Assembly (NCBI RefSeq): GCF_009914755.1 | Contig: NC_060925.1 | Strand: one strand, 5' to 3' | Origin: the human T2T-CHM13v2.0 reference genome, Homo sapiens | Length of the DNA stretch: 64,000 nt | Shown: in pieces, positions 14,312-30,287 of the stretch | How positions within the stretch are numbered: the first letter of the stretch is position 1 | Layout of the letters: the number at the start of each line of letters is the position of its first letter | Program-made: the position numbers and the translations under genes | The notes under the pieces: generated by a model | What the model saw: only the letters and a program-made list of their open reading frames with translations | What the model was told of the DNA's origin: nothing | Databases searched by the model: none

Positions 14312-15718
14312 AGGCTATGGTTTATTGCAGGGGATTGGGAGGGGGGCGGGAAAACATGGAGAATTAAGTCAGATAATGCTGGCAGCCAAAGGGGCAAAAT
14401 GGCCTGTGACATTATCCTGTTCAGAGCTTGGAGATGTACAAGGGACATAGGAGCAATTTACACTGACACACAGCTGCTGTACCAGTGAAAACGAGGCTTT
14501 GCAAGCTTGTACCTACTATATAACATGTGCTTGGTTGATGGCCATGCATCTTCAGTCAGAATTTATATATAAATGTATGCACCCATTTTTTTGAGTGCAT
14601 ATAATTTAGACCTAAAAATCCTTATGATTAGATGAAACACCAAAAATATAAGGAAAATAACACAGCAGAGGAATAGCTCAGCCTGAACAGTGTGATGGTC
14701 CCAGCTACTACATCAGATGCGGTTTTTTTGCTCCCTTATGTTCTTCGGATATGGTTATGGCATTTGTAGGCTTGGAGGTAAAGAACTGAAGATAACTGGT
14801 GCTGGATAGAGGAGCCTTATTTTTTATTATGGCAGCTTGCTATTTTTATAACATGGTGATTGAGTTGAACACAATCAAAGTACAGTAGTAACTGATGTCC
14901 CCTTCTTCCTGGATGAATGAGCAGATAAATATTGATGTCAGCATCCTTGAACCATATCAAAGTGAGCAGTGTTTGGCTACTGCTTCTATTTGAAATGGTG
15001 CTGTGTTTTGGTTGTGGTCTGAAGCTTTGAAGCGCTACTTAGCATCTCCTTTCTTCCATGGAGCTCTCACGATTCAAACATGACAGATTTGGTAAAATGC
15101 TGGTTAGGTTGAGTCTTCCTTGCCCCCACTCAGTCATCTTTGTATGAATCCCATGATTTGGGGGTTTTTTTCTTTTTTTTTTTATACCAGTTTTTAGCTG
15201 GTGTTTATGAAGAACAGTGAGTACCTAGAACTGTGCCACTAATTAAAGGAAATCCTAAGAAGGTGCATTTCTTTACAGAGCTGTGTCATGCCATCCTTTG
15301 GGCCCTCTGCTGGAAAAGTAGAATCAAGTCTCAAATAATGCCTTTTTAATTGTATCCTCTAGTATTATAGATATAGGACAGTACTGTATCATACCTCTGT
15401 GAATGTAAAATATCTTGTACCTGCTTTATGATACGTAGTAGTGACCGTGCTTTATCAGAGCTGTTTTTAATGATGTTATTCTAGAATGTTTTCTTTCCAG
15501 ATGATGATTCAGAAGCTAATTTTAAAAAACGGTGCCAGGTACCACAACAGTAACAGAACTTTGCAATTTTCTGGGGTTTTGTTTTTTACCTTTTTCCCCC
15601 CTTTTTTTTAAATGGAGTGTGCTGGATGTCTCTATAATTTTATTCAGATGACTGCAGAACCTGGAAAAGCTGTTGCTGCTATTGATGCATAACATACTGC
15701 TATTGGTCTTTTTATATA

Positions 15719-15750
<32 letters not shown>

Positions 15751-15975
15751 ATTTGAATTTTTGGAAACTTTAGCTGTGCTGTCAACTTTGGAAAAAGTAT
15801 CCCGGTTTACTGTGTTGAGTTGGCATTGTACAGAAATTAACAGCCATATTGGTCTAGAAACGTTAAACTTAATTTTTTTCCATTTGTACAGGGGTAACGC
15901 ACTGTATTAAATATGTAAGGTCTTATCTACATGGGTTTGATTACAGAAACTAATAAAGTATTCTCTAAATAATGA
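14312..15975 (+). other. PRRC2C: PRRC2C 3'UTR (~1.66 kb; end approximate)
   Basis: Transposon-free AU-rich sequence between the stop codon and AATAAA at 15952; contains (TA)n near 15713-15750. Confidence 0.85.
15952..15957 (+). terminator. Poly(A) signal of PRRC2C
   Basis: AATAAA preceded by several TGTA (CFIm-type) elements; Alu-rich DNA starts ~100 nt downstream. Confidence 0.85.
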
Positions 15976-16053
15976 TTCTTGGAGCTTATAATCATTTCCT
16001 AAAATCTGAAGCAAGAGGGTTTGTCATGTATTAAAAATAGTGGTCAAGAGTAC

Positions 16054-16957
<904 letters not shown>

Positions 16958-17229
16958 TTATGTTTGTATTTTTCATAGCTTTGTTAGCATGTTCATGAAC
17001 ATCACCTGCCCTAAAAGGCTATAGGGCATTTATTCTATCATTTACTCAATTTATGAAATGAAATACTGAGGGATTGTAATTACTTAATCCCATGTTCAGA
17101 ACATACGGCTTCCAGACCCAGCTTTGAGAAAACTAGTCATTTAGTCACTAATGACGCATGTGCCTTCTTAACTCATGGATACTGCGATTGTTAAACACAA
17201 GATACTCAAGTTTTGATGGTTTTGTGTTG

Positions 17230-17349
17230 GGTAGAGACAGGGTTTCTCCATGTTGCCCAGGCTGGTCTTGAACTCCTGAGCTCAAGCAATCCACCTGCCT
17301 CAGCCTCCCAAAGTTCTGGGATTACAGGCGTGAGCCACCGCACCAGGTC
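17230..17349 (-). mobile_element. Alu left monomer (FLAM-like)
   Basis: Antisense monomer. Confidence 0.8.
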
Positions 17350-19935
17350 TGATACGTATTAATAGGCCCTGCCTTGATCCAAGTTTTCAGTCTAGGGTTT
17401 TTCTCAAAATATGCTCTAAATTAAAAGCTGTGGTTTATTGCAGGGGATTGGGGGAAGAGGTATGATGGATAAGAATGGGAATCAAGTACTTGCCTTACTA
17501 AGTCACTGCCATTGTCAGTATTTTTCATATTCTAGTTTTTAAGTTTAATCCTCCTAAATTTTAAGACCTAATGGGTGACCAGCTATACAGCTTGCATTAC
17601 CCCCACTTGCAAACCAGCAGGCATGTGCTATTTGGTTGTATTAACTGTTAAAATACCACTAATACTTTGGGTCCTTCGCTAGAACCTACAATGGAAAAAT
17701 GGCACCAAAAGCATATCGAATGAAAGTAAGATAATGTATATAAGTGTCTCTGCAGTTGGCCATGTAGTTTTGTCCATGGCTTCTCTGACATGTGACAGAA
17801 TAACCCAAAAGGTTTTGCAGTTAATAGTTGACTGTAGATACTTGGTCACATAAGCTTCTGAACATTGTCCCTGAGCTGCCCTGGTAGAAGGTAAGGGGAG
17901 TCCAGGTCCTTGCCCCTAGTTAATAACAAATAGTGCTTATGATAGAAGAGTGATTGGGGGAGGAGGGTTGGGGAATGAGAGGAGGGTATAGTTTATAAAG
18001 TTCTAACAAACTCTTGGCCAGAGGCAAGATACAGAGGGCAGAATGAGTCAGAAGCTATTTAAGTGTCTTTTCTAACAAGTAACCCGTGATTTTTCATGTT
18101 ACCACTGCAGCATATTTCACAGATGCTTACCATTTTCAGTACTGACTTCACATGCCCCTGCAACTTTTTTCCACCTTATGGATAAATATAAAACTATATT
18201 ATAGTTTGACAGACCTAATTATTTTGTAGGTGCTTTAGAAGTAGAAGAACTAGGATTGGTGGTTGGTCAGTTAAAATGGAAAGTCACAAAGTCTAGATAC
18301 TTTGATTGCTTGTATTAGATGTATGCTTATTTTCCATACAATCTTTTAATGAAGGACTACACCATTTCTTTGAGATGTCTGCTGCCTAGATTCTATTACA
18401 TATGCATCATATATAGTTTTCAGTTTTGTCTTAAAGAAATCTGAATAGAGAATTCCCTTGAACTTTCACAGATACCTTCCCTCAGTTTTCCAGCTTTCTT
18501 CATACCCCTAATTTGACCACAGTTTTTACAGTAAAAATTGTAGAAATCAAGTAATATTGACAACCACCTACTAGCTAATAGTCATCAGTCAACTTATATT
18601 ACCTTGGAAGTGGTTAAATAGAGTTTGGTTAAGAGCCACAAATTTACTTCATATTGTAATGTAATTATTTTTTTAAAAACTTCCCTCAACAGAAAGGAAT
18701 AATGTGCTACAGGAAAAGGAAAACTTACCTGAGGTAGAGAGTTTAAGCAAGAGGTGAATCTGGTGTAATCAGGCAAGGAGTCAAGTATTAACTCTGTATG
18801 TGTCAGGTGCTGGGAATATAGAGGACAGTTTCTTAACACAGTCTGGGGTGTAGGTGGAGATACATGGGGTGGCTTTGAGGCCTTTCAGGTTTTCATCACT
18901 GATAGATACCTAGCCCTTATTTCATGGATGCCTCAAACCCCATTTTCCAGTCTAAGCTTTCGCCCCTAATCTATTTGCCTGTACTGCATAACCTTCTAAA
19001 TATGATTAAAATCTTCCAGAAGTTTTTAGTCAGCCCTGATCTGGCCTTCTCACCATTTCTTCACATACTAGCTAATATTTAATAAGTAGAATTATGTGTA
19101 AATTTGGGTCTTCCTGGTATATGAGCAAAAAAAGCAATAGTTTCCTTATCTGAGCTGAAAAAGACACTAATGTTCAGTGGAGAACAGAGGAAGAGAATTC
19201 CAATAAGCAGAGCCTGTGGTTCCAGGTGAATAAGTCTTAAGTTCAAGGATGGTGTAGAGGGACAGAGATGCATTCTGGCCCTCCAGGGTTAGATTTGTCA
19301 AGAGGCGAAATAGTTAATTTCAGACAGTTCTCTGGAACTGATGTAATCTGGTTTACTTAGGGCAGTGGTTTTCAGATTGGAAGTACACACTATTAAACAG
19401 AAGCAATTCCACTTTAAAATTTTGCTTGGCTAAAGGATTCAGTGGCTATTTTTTTTTTTTTTTTAATTACCAATGTGAATAAGGTTTATTGGTTCCGGGG
19501 AGGAGACACCCTCTCTAGTATGAGAAGCTGCAAAGAAGGTTGTACTTGGAGTAAAAACCACACTCTTCACAGAAGCTGATCGTGATACCCATTGAGGAGA
19601 CTGATTGGGCCTCAGCTTTCTATAACCTGGGAATATAAATGGGTGTTATAAAGTTTCGTGTTACATGACTCAGTTATCAGAATTGTATCTCCAGCTTAGA
19701 ACCTTACAGGGAAAAACTGGAAATTACACATAAATATCACCCACTTGCCCCCTCCACCCCCCAACTTTATAAGGTAGGTAATATTATTTACACATGCAGA
19801 GAATGAGGTGTGGTAACCTGCCCAATGATACACAGTAAGCAGAGGAGGCAGGGTTTTTTGGTCCAGACAGTCTAATTCTTAAGTGTAAGCTCTTTACTAA
19901 GCTGCACTGTTGTGAAAGCACTGTACTTGAAGTTA

Positions 19936-22860
<2,925 letters not shown>

Positions 22861-22908
22861 GCTAGGTGAGTAACCTAAGAAAAATCACTCAGTTGGGTGC
22901 AGTGGCTC

Positions 22909-23387
22909 TGAGGGAAGAGAGAGACCTTCTCATATTGTTTTATATTCAGTGCCTGTTTTAAGAAAAAAAGAAAAAACAACAAGGAAGTAAAACCAAAGAC
23001 AGGCAGCCCAGCGCCAGGCCTGAAACCAGGCCTGGGCCTGCCTGGCCTAAACCCAGTAGTTAAAAATCAACTCCTGACTTAGAAACCAATGTTACCCATA
23101 GATTTCAGGCATTGTATAAAAGAACATGTGGAACTCCCTGCTCTGTTCTGTTTCTCTCTGACTACCAGTGCATGAAACCCCTGTCACGTATCCCCTAGAT
23201 TGCTCAATCAATCACGACCCTTTCATGTGAAATCTTTAGTGTTGTGAGCCCTTAAAAGGGACAGAAATTGTGCACTCAGGGAGCTCGGATTTTAAGGCAG
23301 TAGCTTGCCAATGCTCCCAGCTGAATAAAGCCCTTCCTTCTACAACTTGGTGTCTGAGAGGTTTTGTCTCCGGCTGGTCATGCTACA
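22909..23387 (+). repeat. 5' LTR (LTR2B-like)
   Basis: TGAGGGAAGAGAGAGACC...TGCTACA; TATA-like CCTTAAAAGG and AATAAA inside. Confidence 0.88.
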
Positions 23388-23392
23388 TTTCT

Positions 23393-23410
23393 TGGTTCCC
23401 TGACCGGGAA
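23393..23410 (+). promoter_or_regulatory. Primer-binding site complementary to tRNA-Glu
   Basis: TGGTTCCCTGACCGGGAA, an 18-nt complement of the tRNA-Glu 3' end, 5 nt after the LTR. Confidence 0.9.
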
Positions 23411-23960
23411 ACGAGGCAGACAAAACCTGGGTAGTTAAGGGGCTACCCGAGGCAGCCCCTTAGGCGGCTTAGGCCTGCTGTGTGGAGCATCCCTGCAGGG
23501 GACTCCAGCCAGCCTGAGTGAAGCCATCCGAAGAGCGATCCCAGGTAGAGAATTGCCCCGGTGGAACGCCTCGCCAGAGCAGTGCGTAGCAGGCCCCTGC
23601 GGAGGATTAACACAGTGGCTGAACACCAGGAAGGAACTGGCACTTGGAGTCCAGACATCTGAAATTTAGTAAGACTAGTCTTTAGAACTTGCCCCACTCC
23701 ATCTGAGTGGAAGCGTGGCCTGATCACCCAGGGTGTGCCTGCATTGGCACTTTTGTTCTGGTTTTGACTTGACTTGAATTGCTGGACACTTTGGTTTTAG
23801 TTTTGACTTGGCTTGAATTTTTTGGTACACGGATTTTGAATTTCGTGATTTTGGTTTGGTATAAACAGTAAAAGTGTGGGTGTGCCCTCTTTACCCGTTC
23901 TTTGTCTTGTGGTGAGTGTGTGTAGTGTGAGCGTGGTATTTTGTCTCAAAAAAAAAAAAA

Positions 23961-24210
23961 ATAGGTCAGGTGCAAAGTAAGCCCACCCCACTGGGAACTA
24001 TGTTAAAGAATTTCAAGAAAAGATTTTAGGGAGACTATGGAGTCACTATGACTCCAGGAAAACTTAGGACTTTGTGTGACATAGACTGGCCAGCATTAGA
24101 GGTGGGTTGGCCATCAGAAGGAAGCCTAGACAGGTCCTTTGTTTCAAAAGTATGACACAAGTTAACCTGTAAGCCAAGGCACCCAGACCAATTTCCGTAC
24201 ATAGACAGTT
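23961..24210 (+). pseudogene. ERV gag (matrix) relic
   Basis: (ATA for ATG)GQVQSKPTPLGTMLKNFKK...GDYGVTMTPGKLRTLCDIDWPALEVGWPSEGSLD, a gammaretroviral MA motif. Confidence 0.8.
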
Positions 24211-25739
24211 ACAGCTGGTTTTAGACCCCCTTCCTCCCCACAGTAGTTAAGAGAACAGCAGCATAAGCGGCTGGCAGAGGCAAGGAAAGACCAGCAGAGA
24301 GAAAAAGAGACCATCTATACCAATTCTAAGTTAATTTAGACTAAACAAGGTCTTATTAATAGCAAAAGATAATTGAAATCCCAAACTTACAAGGTTTTCA
24401 ACAAAGTGAAGTTTGCTAAAAGTTAACAGTGTAACATGTATTATGGTAACTTCTAATCTTGTAGCCTTAGACAGTCTAGTCCAAAGACATAAAGAAAGTT
24501 TGCTTTAAAAAAAAAAAAGGAATAGTTATCTTCAAAAAATAAAGAGAAAAAAAAGGGGGGAGGCAGAATTTATGTAAAGAGTGTTATATGGTAAATTCTT
24601 GTCCTGAAATAAATTAACTGCTTGTTTAAAGAAAAAAATCTTTGTAATAAGTCAGAAAGTTGAGACATGTTGAAAAATTGTGTGCGAAAGTCGTGAAAGA
24701 AAAAATGTTATAAAAAATTATGCAAAAAATGTTGTATAATTTAAAAGTAATAAGGCCTCCTGAGTACTGTTTAAAAAAACAGTTTATGTGCAAAGTGTAT
24801 AAGAAAAGTAAAATGTACCTTTAGTAAAAAGATTATAAAGGGGCATAAAAACGTGGATTTTTACCTACATTAAAAGGTTAAAAAAATATTGTTTTAAAAG
24901 TTTTAAAACGTTAATTGTAAAGAAAATTCTGTGTGTAAACATATTAGCTAAAGTTAAAAAGGTATCATCCAATTTTTCTGTGAACTAGACATTAAAGTAA
25001 AAATGCAACAGGTTTTTCTTAAAGCATCAACCTGCTCTTTAACAAAAATTATAAAAAGTTAAAAAGAGTCTATAAAATCTTACCTTATGGTCAAACATAA
25101 AAAATTAGATAAATATGTCTACAAGGTTTTATTAAAATTAAGTTTAACATTAATAACACCCTAATATAAAAGTAAAATTTAACTTACGTGGTATAAAAAT
25201 CATACAAGAAGCATTATTAAATATAAAATAGTGTTTAACTTTCTTTGGTCTAAAAACTAATAAAAAATAGATGCTAAAAGAAACATTCATTTTACTAGAG
25301 GATCATAGAAGTTAAAGACTTAAAACAAACTTTGGCAATTAAGACGGCATACCAAGATGCAAATGCCTGGTTGAAATAGATCAAATATTCCATCTGCACG
25401 TTATAAAAAGCAATTGTTATGCTTGTGCACATGGCAGGCCAGAGGCCCCGATTGTCCCCCTTCCACTAAGGTGGTCCTCCAGTCCACCAGGCGTGGGCTG
25501 CATGGTAGCTCTTTTCCAGGATTCTACAGCCTAGAGTAATAAGTCATGCCAAGCTCTCTCTGCTATATCCCGAAGTCCCTGCAGGTCAGCCCCCAAAGGC
25601 CATCCAGCTTCCGTCTCCCAACACTAAGTTCACTTCGTGTCTCTCATGGCAGGGAGGAGACTTATTAGCATTCCTTAGAGACCTGAAGGGATGCAGTGAG
25701 CTTAAGAATTTTCAACCAGTCAGCCCTTGTTCCTCCCCG

Positions 25740-26090
25740 AGCAAATGTGTGGTGGTATTCTGGTGGACCTTTACTGGGCACTCTGCCGCATAACTAGAGT
25801 GGCACTTGTGCTTTAGTCCACTTGGCTATCCCTTTCACCCTGGCATTTCATCAACCAGAGGAAAAACAAAAAATAAGACATCGTAAAGTGAGAGAAGCCC
25901 TTATAGGTCTTTCAACTCTCACATCTATTTAGATGCAATTGGAGCCCCACAAGAAATACAGATCAATTTAAAGCTTGAAATCAAATAGTTACAGGATTTA
26001 AGTCAATATTTTAGTAGATGACAGTCAATAAAAATGTAAATTAGATAAACTACATCTATTACAACCAACAGCAATGAGCTTTTCATGAGT
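25740..26090 (+). pseudogene. HERV-I-type env fragment inside the provirus
   Basis: Decayed SGTCALVHLAIPFTLAF...HIYLDAIG...NKNV..INYIYYNQQ. Confidence 0.7.
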
Positions 26091-26650
26091 TAAAAAGAAA
26101 AACTCATGTCGGCCCCCGCCATGAGGCTACCTGACCTGAAAAAACTCTTTACACTCTATGTGTCAAAAAGAGAAAAAATGGCAGTTGGAGTTTTAACCCA
26201 GACTGTAAGGCCCTGGCCAAGGCCAGTGGCCTATCTCTCAAAACAACTAGACAGCGTTTCCAAAGGCTGGCCCCCATGTCCAATGGCCCTGGTAGCAACA
26301 GCCCTGTTAGCACAAGAAGCAGATAAGCTAACTCTTAGACAAAACCTAAACATAAAGTCCCCCCATGCTGTGGTGACTTTAATAAATACCAAAGGACACC
26401 ATTAGCTAATGAATGCTAGACTAACTAGATACCAAAGCTTGCTCTGTGAAAATCCCCGCATAACCACTGAAGTTTGCAACACCCTAACCCCGCCATCTTA
26501 CTCCTGGAATCAGAGAGACCAGTTAAACATAAACTGAGTAGAGGTGTTAGACTTAGTTTATTCTAGTAGGCCCAACCTCCGAGACCACTGTTTAACATCA
26601 GTAGACTAGGAGCTGTACGTGGATAGGAGCAGCTTCGCCAACCCCTGCAA
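26090..26650 (+). pseudogene. ERV pol relic (RT connection/tether to RNase H start)
   Basis: ORF 26106-26405 AVGVLTQ...RPVAYLSKQLD...GWPPC; continues *LMNARLTRYQSLLCE and then LYVD(R)SSF. Confidence 0.85.
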
Positions 26651-26724
26651 AGTGACTCTGAAGAAGGTGACAAGCCCTGCTCCAGTCACACCCGGAAGGT
26701 GACTAGTCCATGCACGGCCGAAGC

Positions 26725-28786
26725 GTGAGGAAACTCATCACAGGACTCATTTTCCTTAAAATTTAGACTTGTACAGTAAGGACTTCAACTGACCTTCCTC
26801 AGACTGAGGGCTGTTCCCAGTATATACATCAAGTCACTGAGGTAAGACAAAAGATTGCTACAGTCCTATTATTTTATAGTTATTATAAATGCCTAGGAAC
26901 TCCAAAGGAAACCTGTTTGTATAATGACACCCAGTACAAAGTATATAATCCAGGAAGTGACCAGCCCGATGTGTGCTATGACTCCTTTGAACCTCCCATG
27001 ATCACAGTCTTTGAAGTAAGACTAAGAACTGGTCATTCTGTAAGTGACACAAGTAAAGTAATAGCTAGAACAGAAGAAAGAAAGGTCCCCAAAAATGTAA
27101 CCTTAAAATTTGACGCCTGTGCCACTATTAATAATAAACAGCATAGGATAGGATGCGGTTCTCTAGATTAGAAACAAAGTTACACAGCAGAAAATAAGTA
27201 CATCTGTCAAGAATCATATTTATGTAAGATGTGTCAATACTAGTCTTGTGTCATTTAGGCTACTTAAAAAGAAGATAAAAAAGATCCTGTTTAGCTCCAA
27301 AAAGGAAAAGGCAGCCCCTCCTGCACGAGTGGAAGCTGCAACCCTTTAGAATTAGTAATCACAAACCCCTCAGACCCAAAATGAAATAAAGAAAAATACG
27401 TATCATTAGGCATTGATGAAAAAGGACTAGATCCTAGCATAAACATCCTAATAAAAAAGGAAGTTCAAAGATGCTCTCCAGAACCAGTATTTCAGACTTT
27501 CTGTGATGAACTAAATGTGCCAGTACCTGAGATTCCAGGAAAAACTAAATTTTTTTTTTTTGCAATTAGCCGAGCATGTAGCCCAGTCTCTAAATGTCAC
27601 TTCATGTTACGTTTGTGGAGAAACTGTAGTAAGAGATCAATGGCATAAGAAGCCCGAGAATTAGTGCCTACAGACCCAGTTCCTGATGAATTCCCGGCCC
27701 AAAAGAATCACCCTGATCATTTCTAGGTTCTAAAAGTCTCAATTATTAGACAATATTACATAGCTAGAAAAAGGAAAGAATTCACTCATTCTGTAGGATG
27801 ACTTAGTTGCCTAAGACAAAAACCATATTAATAGTACCACACACACACACACACACAAAAAAAAAAAAAAACAGTTACATGATAAAGTTCCAGTTACACA
27901 GAAAGAGATCCATTCAGTAAATTTCCAAAGTTGCAGACTGTTTAGGCCCACCCAGAATCCCACCAGGACTGGACGGCCCCCACCAGGTTATATTGGATAT
28001 ATAGACACAGAGCTTCTGCTAAGCTGCCTGATCAGTGGACAGGTAGCTGCGTAATTGCACCATTAAGCCATCTTTCTTCTTACTGCCCATAAATCAGGTG
28101 AACTTCTAGGCTTCCCAGTCTATGCTTCCCGCGGAAAACGAAGCATAGCCATAAGTAATTGAAAAGATGACGAATGACCTCCTTAAAAAAAAAAATTATA
28201 CAATACTATAAGCCTGCCACTTAGGCACAAGATGGCTCATAAGGATATCGAACCCCCATCTACATGCTCAACCGAATCATACGGTTACAAGCTGTTTTAA
28301 AAATTATTACTAATAAAACCGGTCAAGCCTTGACTGTTCTTGCCCGGCAAGAGACTCTGAAGAGAAATGCTATCTATCAAAATAGACCAGCTCTTGACTA
28401 CTTGCTAGCAGCTGAATTTAACCTTACTAATTGTTGTCTAAACATAAATAATCAAAGGCAAGTAGTTAAAGACATAGTTAAAAATATGACAAAACTGACA
28501 CATGTGCCCGTAAAAGTGTAGCACGGATTCGACCCTGAAGCCATGTTTAAAAGGTATTTCCCAGCACTAAGAGGATTTAAAACTCTTATAATAGGAGTTA
28601 TAATAGTAATAGAAACCTGCTTACTGCTCCCTTGTTGGCTACCTGTACTTCTTTAAATGATAAAAAAGCTTCATCGCTACCTTAGTTCACCAAAATGCTT
28701 CAGCACAAGTGTACTATATAAATCACTATCAAACTATTGCACAAAAAGACATAAGTAGCAAAAATAAAAGTGAGAACTCCCACTAA
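26725..28786 (+). pseudogene. HERV-E-type env relic (SU+TM)
   Basis: LKFDAC, LNVTSCYVCG, furin site RGKR|[16 protein letters not shown], immunosuppressive domain [19 protein letters not shown]; many stops. Confidence 0.85.
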
Positions 28787-28815
28787 TAAAAAGTAAGAGT
28801 CTCAAAAGGAGGAAA

Positions 28816-29290
28816 TGAGGGAAGAGAGAAACCTTCTCATATTGTTTTATACTCAGTACCTGTTTTAAGAAAAAAAGAAAAAACAACAAGGAAGTAAAAC
28901 CAAAGACAGGCAGCCCGGCACCAGGCCCCAGGCCTGGGCCTGCCTGGCCTAAACCCAGTAGTTAAAAATCAACTCCTGACTTAGAATCCGATGTTACCCA
29001 CAGATTTCAGGCATTGTATAAAAGAACATTGTGGAACTCCCTGCTCTGTTCTGTTTCATTCTGACTACCAGTGCACGAAACCCCTGTCACTTATCCCCTA
29101 GATTGCTCAATCAATCACGACCCTTTCATGTGAAATCTTCAGAGTTGTAAGCCCTTAAAAAGGACAGAAATTGTGCACTCGAGGAGCTCAGATTTTAAGG
29201 CAGTAGCTTGCCAATGCTCCCAGCTGAATAAAGCCCTTCTTTCTACAACTCGGTGTCTCAGAGGTTTTCTCTGCGGCTTGTCCTGCTACA
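28816..29290 (+). repeat. 3' LTR (LTR2B-like)
   Basis: Direct repeat of 22909-23387, preceded by polypurine tract AAAAGGAGGAAA. Confidence 0.88.
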
Positions 29291-29395
29291 GCTCATGCCT
29301 GTAATCTCAGCATTTTGGGAGGCGAAGGCGGGTGGATCACGAGGTCTGGAGTCTAAGACCAGCCTGACCAAGAGGGTGAAACCCCATCTCTACTA

Positions 29396-29602
<207 letters not shown>

Positions 29603-30287
29603 TCATATGTCTGTTTTTCCACCTCTAAAATGGAGATGATTCTATCTTCCTTGCAGAGTTTTGATTAAATGAAATAAAGGGTTTTTTAGAAATATACAAT
29701 GCTTGTTGTTTGGTAGGTTAGTAGGTTACAATAAGATGATTACTTAATTGCCTTGTTAAATATACACATCTAAGTCTAAACCAGCATCTGTACTTATCAG
29801 AAAGCTGGATTTTTCCAGAGTGAAATAACTTCTGTAAATACAAAATTTAGGCCATTGTTTCTCTCTCCCACTTCAAATTATGCTGAGAGGTCCTAGAGTC
29901 CTCAGAGGTGTCTCAAGGTATGAGAAAACCCAAGTTGGTAAATAAATGTAAGCCCTCTCACCATTTTCATCTGTGTATTAAGGTACCATGGAAGACTGAA
30001 CTTCTAAAATGTGGTTCTCTAAAAAAAACGATGCTTAAGACCATTGACATCCTTTCTTATTCTATGATTTCTATTCTCATTCTAAGATGTTGGCATGTGC
30101 CCAAAGTGAGCTCTGGATTTTTCCCTGCCATTCCAATACCTGTAGGTCTCTGGTAGTTCTTAGGCCCTTCTGTCCATATGGGTTAAGGCAGCATGATATT
30201 CCTCAACTCCAAATTGTAATCATTTATTTGTTTGTTCAGCAATTCCATATTTATCTTTGGCCAGGGTGTACAGAAAACAGTGCAGTC

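Larger units (their letters stand above)
22909..29290 (+). mobile_element. ERV1 provirus, LTR2B/Harlequin (HERV-E-related mosaic), defective
   Basis: Two ~475-nt direct LTRs (TG...CA), 4-bp TSD GCTC, tRNA-Glu PBS, polypurine tract 28804-28815, gag/pol/env relics. Confidence 0.9.

Noticed and set aside
23393-23410. tRNA-like sequence
   Set aside because: Only an 18-nt retroviral primer-binding site, not a tRNA gene
26917-28521. env ORFs as a syncytin-like captured gene
   Set aside because: Broken by many stops and frameshifts, with a deletion in the TM cysteine loop
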